From contig CP104013.1 of NCBI GenBank assembly GCA_025839675.1, positions 3,000,001 through 3,032,000 on the forward strand: a DNA stretch of 32,000 nucleotides, read 5' to 3'. A program made the translations under genes and the position numbers. Position 1 is the stretch's first letter. Each line of letters begins with the position of its first letter. Origin of the DNA: Candidatus Lokiarchaeum ossiferum. Its GTDB lineage: Archaea > Asgardarchaeota > Lokiarchaeia > Sigyniarchaeales > Promethearchaeaceae. Below the pieces are notes generated by a model. That model was not told the origin of the DNA. It ran no database searches and was given only the letters and a program-made list of their open reading frames with translations. This document shows positions 25,562-32,000 of the stretch, piece by piece.

Positions 25562-25862
25562 TATTTTCCACCTTAATTTTTAGATGACAGAATTCGTTCC
25601 GTAAGATGGATATGCAAATAAGATGGTATACAAAAACGGTGAATACTCTTCATAAAGAAAAGCCATTCTTTTCGAAATCCCATGCGTTTCGAACTCGATC
25701 TCTAAACAACAATATCTATAAAGCAAAGAACTAAAAAAAGTTTCGTGAAAAAAGTTATTTACCGCAAGTGGAATGAAGAGATCAAAATGGTTTTGATTTG
25801 ACATGATCGAAATTTTTATATGTTGTTTTGTCGAGATCTAGACAGAACTAGAAGGTGCTAAA

Positions 25863-26459
25863 ATGGTAACAATATTTAACATAGAAATCGATTTACTTAG
25901 CTTGCTTCCAGGTTTATTCGCTGCAATATTGTCGATATATAACTGGTTTCAAATGCGCAAACCTGCGAATATAAAGATTGGTAGAATAGTTAATTATGGA
26001 TTCATATCATCGAGTTATGAAAATGCATTATTTTTCTGTTTTCCGATGGTCTTTGAAAACATAAGCCCAAACAATGGGATCATTACAGAAATAAAAATCG
26101 GATTTCAATATGGTGGTGAAACAAAGTATATTGATACCGATGCCCGAGTACGACTTAATGAATTCAGTGGCGCATCGATGCCTCAAATGAATTATGAGAA
26201 ATTTACCGATGATGGATATCGTATTCTCTTACCGACCTATCCGATCCCAGTTGAAGGTTTTTCTTCAGAAAAAGTGACGATCATCTCAACAGTGTCGTTA
26301 GAAGATAAAATATTGTTGGCGGGGCAAGAAGGGAAAATGATAGTTGAAGTGTACTTTGGGGCAAACAAAGTCAATAAAACCACTTATGACTACTTTTTGT
26401 CGCAGGAATCCCTAGAATCAGACAATATTTTGATCTGGTTAAAAATGGTGGATAAATAA
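25863..26459 (+). CDS. Hypothetical protein: N-terminal TM anchor plus a beta-rich domain
   Basis: LLSLLPGLFAAILSIYNWF is hydrophobic and is followed by alternating beta-like segments. It is the only plus-strand gene inside the minus-strand superoperon. Confidence 0.5.
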   Translation: MVTIFNIEIDLLSLLPGLFAAILSIYNWFQMRKPANIKIGRIVNYGFISSSYENALFFCFPMVFENISPNNGIITEIKIGFQYGGETKYIDTDARVRLNEFSGASMPQMNYEKFTDDGYRILLPTYPIPVEGFSSEKVTIISTVSLEDKILLAGQEGKMIVEVYFGANKVNKTTYDYFLSQESLESDNILIWLKMVDK

Positions 26460-26711
26460 AAATATCAAAAAATAGACGCAAAAATTTATCCTTTTTTCAT
26501 TTTCATTTATTTTCCGAATTTCATTCCTATATCTACAAGACGTATAGTTTTAAAGTATTACAAACTTCGTGCTCGAATTTTAACTTTGGCTTAAATTTTT
26601 TCGATATTAGTAAAGATGCAAAAAGGTGATCGTGAGATGAATTTCGATGAACATATCACAAAAAGAAAATAATTTTTTGAGAAAGGGAAAAAAGAGAATA
26701 TAATCGGTGAA

Positions 26712-27416
26712 TTATTCTTCAAGCGAATCAAGAAGTGCTTGATTTTCTTCAACACTTAATAATTTCCAGAGTTTGTCTTCAGTGCTGATCATGGCAATTT
26801 CGAATCGATCTGTCTCAAAATCGCCTTCCACCACTTCTTTCAACGTGTTAATGGTCAATTTCTTCAATTCTTCTAAGGACATATCTGGATTGTATTCTTT
26901 TGAGAGATATTCGCGAGCCGCGGGTGAACCGTTGCCGATGGCGCAAGCGTGATAACCCCAAAATGCCCCTGATGGGTCGGTCAAAAACAATTTGGTCCCA
27001 TTATCAGGATCGACTCCCCCTACTAAGAGAGATACACCAAAGGGACGAACTCCTGCATTTTGAGTATATAATTGCATTTGGTCACATAAGTCGCGAGTAG
27101 TTTCTAAAATGCTTACTTTTTCGTTGTAGCTCAAAACGTTCACTTGCGCATGCACCCGTGCTTGATCAACCAAAGTGCGAGCATCTGCGGTAAGTCCTGC
27201 AATAGCGACACCAACGTGATCGTCGATCTTGAATAATTTTTCGCTACCAATGTATTCCTGAAGTGGTAATCGGCGTTTTTCTACTGCAAAAATGACTCCG
27301 TCTTTGCTCTTAACTCCAATTGCTGTGGTCCCTTGTCTGACTGCTTCGATTGCGTATTCTACTTGAAATAACCGTCCGTCTGGTGAAAATATCGTTATGG
27401 CTCTGTCATAGCCCAT
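26712..27416 (-). CDS. psmA: Proteasome subunit alpha
   Basis: MGYDRAITIFSPDGRLFQVEYAIEAV... is the canonical alpha-subunit N-terminus; 234 aa. Confidence 0.95.
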   Translation of the reverse strand: MGYDRAITIFSPDGRLFQVEYAIEAVRQGTTAIGVKSKDGVIFAVEKRRLPLQEYIGSEKLFKIDDHVGVAIAGLTADARTLVDQARVHAQVNVLSYNEKVSILETTRDLCDQMQLYTQNAGVRPFGVSLLVGGVDPDNGTKLFLTDPSGAFWGYHACAIGNGSPAAREYLSKEYNPDMSLEELKKLTINTLKEVVEGDFETDRFEIAMISTEDKLWKLLSVEENQALLDSLEE

Positions 27417-27571
27417 GCCTGGTTGTGAGAAGATGTTTTTTTCAGCTCCGATTTAATGATTTTATAGAAAAACTCTATATCTATTTGTAATTTAAATTGC
27501 TTTAAATTTTTTAGTAAGATGGATCTTAGGTCATGTTCAGAAAAAAGTTATTAAAAAAAAATTCGCTGATT

Positions 27572-28939
27572 CTACTCTGGGATTTGATCTGAAATCATGT
27601 TTGGAGGACGAGTTTCTTTTCTAATGTAGTTAAATCCAATAATTTGTAATATAATTCCGCAGCCTACTCCAAAAATAACGAATATAATTCCCCCAACTAA
27701 ATAATGTGAAGTAATAACTGCACCACCTATAAGCGTTCCAGGGATGCTAAACAATAAGATAAGTGTCGGTAAAAGGGAATATACGGAATTGCGAATTTCA
27801 TTTGGCACCAAATCAAACATAACTTTAGAATAATATAGATAAACTAGCCGGTAAGGGATTCCTAAAGAAATCCCAATCAGAATTAGACCAATGAACTTGC
27901 TGATTTGAAAAGTGGGGCTTGCAGGAACAATAACAATGTATCCCAGAATAACCATCAATCCACATATTATACCGATTTCGGCTACCACAAACCCGAGTTT
28001 TGGTTTTTTGGATTTTGAAGGGAACCTTTGAAGAAAGCTAATAAGAATTATATCAATAATTAATGAAATCCAACGTAACAATCCCAAATTAGCATCGGTA
28101 ATGGCATAGGATTTATAGAAAGGAATAAAAATGAGTTTAGTCCAGACTTGATTTAAGAAAGTTTCAAAAAACGCAATTCCGATGAAAATAAAAAACATGT
28201 CTCTACGCTTAAAGATAAAAGCGAGGCCGTTTCTAAATTGATCAAAATAAGCTTGAATCGAGAGATTCTTACTTTCTGGATTTTTTTTATGTTCAATTTT
28301 CCAGATCACCAAGAGCATTATTACAAAATAAAAAAACATCTCGATAAAAAATAGGAACCGGCGAGAGATATTTTGAGCAATAAGACCACTTAAGAAGCAA
28401 GTTAAGGCTGCAATTAGGATATAGACAATGTAAAGTCTTGCTTGAAACATGGTATAGATTTCGCGATTGGCATCAATCCCGCAGCTTAAATCTCGATATT
28501 TATTATCAAACCAAGAATCTAAAGCCCCTGAGAGTTGAGAATTGCCCAACCCAGAAAGTATTCCATACAGAATAAAATATAAAAAAGAAGGATTGATTAC
28601 TAAAAAGACCAAGGACAGAATTTTTAGAGAAAAAGCGAGAATCAAGACCAATTTTTGACCAAGCCAGTCACCTAGCACACCAGTGGGATAGTCAAAAAGT
28701 ATCTGGGTAATAATTTGAATTGAGAAGATTAAACTGACTTCCTGATAAGTCCATTGGTCTAAGAAGAAAAGCAACAAGAACGTATCTGTGCTACTATAGG
28801 CAATTGAGTATAAACACCAAATAACCAAATAGAAAAATGAAATTTGCTGAAGTGGCCGAGGAAGAGAATGAAGTGAGAAAAATCTTGCCAAAAACGATGA
28901 TGTTGTAGTGTTATCTCCAGATGGTGTTTCAGAATTCAT
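27572..28939 (-). CDS. Major facilitator superfamily-like transporter (about 12 TM)
   Basis: Polytopic hydrophobic protein with the motif-A-like GVLGDWLGQKLVL after TM2 and a central basic loop. Confidence 0.65.
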   Translation of the reverse strand: MNSETPSGDNTTTSSFLARFFSLHSLPRPLQQISFFYLVIWCLYSIAYSSTDTFLLLFFLDQWTYQEVSLIFSIQIITQILFDYPTGVLGDWLGQKLVLILAFSLKILSLVFLVINPSFLYFILYGILSGLGNSQLSGALDSWFDNKYRDLSCGIDANREIYTMFQARLYIVYILIAALTCFLSGLIAQNISRRFLFFIEMFFYFVIMLLVIWKIEHKKNPESKNLSIQAYFDQFRNGLAFIFKRRDMFFIFIGIAFFETFLNQVWTKLIFIPFYKSYAITDANLGLLRWISLIIDIILISFLQRFPSKSKKPKLGFVVAEIGIICGLMVILGYIVIVPASPTFQISKFIGLILIGISLGIPYRLVYLYYSKVMFDLVPNEIRNSVYSLLPTLILLFSIPGTLIGGAVITSHYLVGGIIFVIFGVGCGIILQIIGFNYIRKETRPPNMISDQIPE

Positions 28940-29018
28940 AAAAGGGTGAAATAAAAATGCCTTAATAAACTTTAAGTCAGATTACCATTACAAAAGTGCT
29001 AGATAAAATGGATGAAGC

Positions 29019-30050
29019 TTAAAAAACCCAGCCCGATTTGACATCGACCCGTTTGCGTTCCAATGTATTATTTTTCAATATAAAAGCAAATCCAAGAGTT
29101 TTAAATGCCTCATCGACGATGTCTTTGTTCAATGCGCACGTTTCCAAATATTGTACGTTAAGTTTTCTCGCGAGAGATTCGGCTTCTCCAGAAGAGATTT
29201 GTCGCTGTCCTTCTAAGTCTATTTTATTCCCCACCAAAATCAGGAGAGTATCTGGTTCCACAGTAATTATCTCATCATACCAATCTTGAATGTGTTCAAA
29301 AGATTCTTTGTTTGTCACATCAAATACTAAAAAACCAACGTTGGCTCCGAAATAGTACCCTTTGCGAATTTGTTTATAGATGGATTGACCACCTAAATCA
29401 TAAATGGAATATTCGATGTTGCATTTCCAACGTGGATACTTCACGCCTTTGCTCATGATATTAATCCCAAGGGTGCTTTTATAGTCGCCTTCGAATTTGT
29501 CATGAATGAAATGTTCAACGAGTGTGGTTTTTCCAACACCAGAATCTCCGCCTAAAACAGCTTTGATGACATAATCCCCTTCTTCTTTCATTTCAAACCG
29601 ATGAGGCCCTGAAATTAACCCATTATCATTAGATTGAAATTTAATTTTAGGAATGACGTAACTTATATTACGTCCCAGCCCAATTCGAGCAATTTTTTCA
29701 GTGCAGAGATACACATATGGGAGAAATTGAGCAGTATTTTCCTTTACAGAACTGATAAATATTGCGATGTAATCATCTCCAGCTACCGATACGATTACAT
29801 TAATGGATAGGGTGTTGAAAGAAAATGTGCTATGTTCTTGACGAATATTATCAAAGAAATAATCAAACATGCGAGAATAGAAGAAGTTAGAAATATCGGC
29901 TTTAGTCATTTCCGATAAATTTTCTTGTTCAATTTGGGTAACGATTTGTTTATCTGGATCCATAAGGCCAACAAATAGCAAATTTTCGCCCAAGGTCGAA
30001 AGCATTGATTGAAATAGAAGATCTACTTTCGGAATATCCATCGCTACCAT
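29019..30050 (-). CDS. Roadblock/LC7 (MglB-like) domain fused to a Ras-superfamily (Rab/Ras-like) small GTPase
   Basis: G1 GGDSGVGKTTL, switch-I YKSTLGINI, G3 DLGGQ, G4 GNKIDL, G5 ETCAL. The N-terminal ~125 aa show a helix-strand-strand-helix-strand-strand-helix pattern (LLFVGLMDPDKQIV...YIAIFISS...). There is no C-terminal CaaX. Confidence 0.85.
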   Translation of the reverse strand: MVAMDIPKVDLLFQSMLSTLGENLLFVGLMDPDKQIVTQIEQENLSEMTKADISNFFYSRMFDYFFDNIRQEHSTFSFNTLSINVIVSVAGDDYIAIFISSVKENTAQFLPYVYLCTEKIARIGLGRNISYVIPKIKFQSNDNGLISGPHRFEMKEEGDYVIKAVLGGDSGVGKTTLVEHFIHDKFEGDYKSTLGINIMSKGVKYPRWKCNIEYSIYDLGGQSIYKQIRKGYYFGANVGFLVFDVTNKESFEHIQDWYDEIITVEPDTLLILVGNKIDLEGQRQISSGEAESLARKLNVQYLETCALNKDIVDEAFKTLGFAFILKNNTLERKRVDVKSGWVF

Positions 30051-30086
30051 TATAATTTATTATATACGCCACCTTAATTTAAATTA

Positions 30087-31340
30087 ATGACATTGGATGA
30101 AAAAAACTCCAAGGAAAATTTAATTCACGACATTCATGTATTACAGACGAAATTAAAACAATACATCGATATTCGTACCCCATTTAAACTAACTGAGGAT
30201 CACCCAGAGAATTTTGATTTTGAGCGGTATCAAAAAATGAATCGACGATCCTTGGAATTAATCTTACAATCCTTGCAAGAACAGATCAAATTTTATGAAG
30301 AGGCAGATGCAAATCCTATTGATATTAAAAAACCGAAGAATATGCCTGTAAATGTATTTTTTGATATTTTTCTTAATTCAGGAATGGCCACTATCATTGA
30401 AAATGATCTCAGCCAAACCATTTTGATCAATCAACAAGCGTGTAATCTCTTTGGTTATTCTGCCCAAGAATTGTTATCACTTCATCCAACGGATCTACAA
30501 CATATAACCCAAGAAAAATCATTAGTACCTATCTATACTGATGGTAAATTAAACCGGTTCACAACTTATGAAACCAATTTTAAACGGAAAGATGGTAGTA
30601 TTTTTCCAGGGGAATTACGATTAATTCGATTAGAATATAATGTCTCAGTGTACGTAGTTGCAATGATCACTGATATTTCTAAACGAAAACGAGCAGAAGC
30701 AAAACAACAAGCCCTAATTGTAGAATTGCAAGAAGCATTATCAAAAATTCAGCAATTGCAAAAATTAGTCCCTGTATGTGGGATGTGTAAAAAAATTCGT
30801 AACGATCAAGGGTATTGGAATCAGCTTGATACTTTTGTGCAAGAAGTTGCAGATGTCTCTTTCAGCTATGAACTCTGCCCAGACTGCAAAAAAAAGAACT
30901 GGCGCTTGATTTTAAGTTATTTTGATGCGTTCTTTGGACCAATAATACTGCATTTCACACCAAAAGATGAAAAAATGGAAGAATTTCAAGACTTACCACT
31001 ATTGTTAGATTACGAAAAAGAGGGCTATTTTGAAATGACTTTGGGGCAAGCTCGTATTCTAAATTTGCAATATAAACTTTCAAGTATGCAAGCTCGCGGT
31101 CAACATGAATTGATCATGATATCATTTGCCGTGTTTGATGGAAATATCAATGAAGAAATCGGAAAAGAAATTATTGAGGATATCTTAGATCGAATGCTTA
31201 AAATCGAAAATGTGGAAATTGTTTTTAACAATCAATCCCAAAAAACCCCCGAAGGTATGGCAAAATTTAAAGAAATTGAAGAAATTTTCCAAGAAGTATA
31301 TAATTCCATCGAAAATAAGCTAAAAGCACATTTATATTAG
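30087..31340 (+). CDS. Sensor protein: N-terminal coiled coil + PAS + Cys4 module + C-terminal longin/roadblock-like domain
   Basis: PAS: FDIFLNSGMATIIEND...INQQACNLFGYSAQELL...FKRKDGSIFPGELRLIRL...MITDISKRKRAE. Cys4: LVPVCGMCKKIRNDQGYWNQLDTFVQEVADVSFSYELCPDCKKKNW (nt 30765-30902). A 145-aa tail follows, beginning ILSYFDAFFGPIILHFTP. Confidence 0.75.
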   Translation: MTLDEKNSKENLIHDIHVLQTKLKQYIDIRTPFKLTEDHPENFDFERYQKMNRRSLELILQSLQEQIKFYEEADANPIDIKKPKNMPVNVFFDIFLNSGMATIIENDLSQTILINQQACNLFGYSAQELLSLHPTDLQHITQEKSLVPIYTDGKLNRFTTYETNFKRKDGSIFPGELRLIRLEYNVSVYVVAMITDISKRKRAEAKQQALIVELQEALSKIQQLQKLVPVCGMCKKIRNDQGYWNQLDTFVQEVADVSFSYELCPDCKKKNWRLILSYFDAFFGPIILHFTPKDEKMEEFQDLPLLLDYEKEGYFEMTLGQARILNLQYKLSSMQARGQHELIMISFAVFDGNINEEIGKEIIEDILDRMLKIENVEIVFNNQSQKTPEGMAKFKEIEEIFQEVYNSIENKLKAHLY

Positions 31341-31351
31341 GTTGTTTTGCC

Positions 31352-32000
31352 ATGAGAAATAAACCGACGATCCAAATAATATTTTTTTCCCCAACTGGCA
31401 ATACTCGAAAAATATGTGCCACGATAGCCAACGGAACTCAATTACCGCTGGCATCTCCCCCCTTTTTAAATATTTCATCAATTAATCTCCGTGACAAAAA
31501 TAAGATTAACATTGCAGGAGATATTATCATTTTGGGATCACCCGTATATGTTGAAACGATGCCCAAGACGGTTTTTGAAGTTATTCAAAAACTGGAGGGA
31601 CAAGGGAAGTGGATCATTCCGGTGGCCGTAAATGGCAATGTGTCTTTTGGCAGATGTTTAGAAGAATTAATTGGGTTATTGCGTAACAGAGGTTTTAAAA
31701 TTCTTGCGGGAGCGAAGTTTGTAGGTCGTAATTCTCTTTCAAATGAGACCCTTCTTTTAGGAGAAAATCGCCCTGATGCAACAGATATTAAACGAGCCAC
31801 CAAATTTGGCCAAAATCTCTGGAAAAAATGGCAAGAAGGCCCCGAAGAAATCACCATTAAAGGAAGTATTCCTGACTTTATTCAGGGGCATCCTGAAATT
31901 CGGGCCCGAAGAATGGTCAAAATCCCGCAAATAGATCTTATATTGTGCACCAAATGTCGTGAATGTTGGGCAGCTTGTCCGGTTGAGGCAATTGATTTTG
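31352..32000 (+). CDS. Flavodoxin-like domain + 4Fe-4S ferredoxin-domain protein (3' end off window)
   Basis: Not in the ORF track because no stop is reached. I translated it by hand: MRNKPTIQIIFFSPTGNTRKICATIA...IIILGSPVYVETMP...IPVAVNGN... then LCTKCRECWAACPVEAIDF. It starts 11 nt after the PAS-gene stop. The antisense ORF 31585..31857 is spurious. Confidence 0.65.
   Translation, partial: MRNKPTIQIIFFSPTGNTRKICATIANGTQLPLASPPFLNISSINLRDKNKINIAGDIIILGSPVYVETMPKTVFEVIQKLEGQGKWIIPVAVNGNVSFGRCLEELIGLLRNRGFKILAGAKFVGRNSLSNETLLLGENRPDATDIKRATKFGQNLWKKWQEGPEEITIKGSIPDFIQGHPEIRARRMVKIPQIDLILCTKCRECWAACPVEAIDF

Noticed and set aside
25580-25804. 74-aa ORF just upstream of SBDS on the same strand
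   Set aside because: The translation is F/Y/L-rich with no motif, and the region is more likely the SBDS promoter or leader. The slot is where RNase P protein subunits sit in other archaea, but the sequence resembles none I know. A small hairpin TTCGAAA-N9-TTTCGAA (about 25672-25694) is within chance expectation for AT-rich DNA.
8375-31857. Remaining overlapping or antisense track ORFs: 8375..8608, 13870..14067, 14018..14227, 14378..14578, 15365..15598, 16369..16668, 17300..17485, 18095..18337, 18103..18366, 19211..19417, 19603..19803, 19953..20150, 20631..20933, 21841..22038, 22282..22542, 22696..22965, 22979..23248, 23273..23554, 23487..23822, 24384..24755, 24783..25007, 25106..25288, 26900..27100, 29038..29289, 31585..31857
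   Set aside because: Each lies inside or antisense to a CDS with strong family motifs, or spans a convergent junction. None has a recognisable motif. For example, 22979..23248 is just the mirror translation of the Rrp41 low-complexity tail.
1-32000. CRISPR arrays, rRNA genes, transposases/IS elements, introns or inteins
   Set aside because: No regularly spaced direct repeats, rRNA-like conserved blocks, DDE/transposase motifs or intein blocks were seen. The tRNA has a continuous anticodon arm, and conserved proteins have normal lengths apart from the noted tails.

Overview
AT-rich archaeal chromosomal segment (about 30-35% GC, judged by eye). All family calls come from reading the translated ORFs for motifs; no searches were run.

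The core content is clearly archaeal:
- archaeal-type S-adenosylmethionine synthetase, archease and KEOPS Pcc1
- ribosomal proteins uL2 and eL43 (L37Ae)
- tRNA-Lys(CUU)
- the exosome/proteasome 'superoperon' (proteasome alpha ... SBDS-Rrp4-Rrp41-Rrp42-eL43-Pcc1)

A Ras/Rab-like small GTPase fused to a roadblock-like domain, plus kinase-less PAS sensors, suggests an Asgard (Loki-like) host. That is inference, not a search result.

Layout:
- 0-3.7 kb: small regulators and enzymes (ArsR + GyrI-like pair, TrmO-like, GAF-PAS sensor, GNAT)
- 3.9-4.7 kb: tRNA-Lys and an orphan, divergent uL2
- 5.0-10.5 kb: a visibly more AT-rich island of orphan genes, with a decayed tyrosine recombinase and two divergent RHH regulators
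- 10.6-16.1 kb: ferredoxin-nitroreductase / SDR / CPBP protease / SDR cluster, convergent with two tandem DedA/TVP38 paralogs
- 16.2-20.6 kb: GNAT, MAT, small basic ORF, archease, conserved hypothetical
- 20.6-27.4 kb: superoperon, interrupted by one opposite-strand gene
- 27.6-32 kb: MFS transporter, then a roadblock-GTPase divergently paired with a PAS-Cys4-(longin-like) sensor followed by a flavodoxin/4Fe-4S gene

Best candidates for something new:
1. The sensor / longin-like / roadblock-GTPase / redox module at 29-32 kb.
2. The plus-strand cargo of the island (HEPN-like Rx4-6H protein with a wHTH domain and two partners).
3. A small basic protein carrying a PIP-box-like motif.
4. The recurrent Cys4 'CxxCKKIRD...CPxC' output module.
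5. The orphan divergent uL2.

No CRISPR array, rRNA or transposase was seen.
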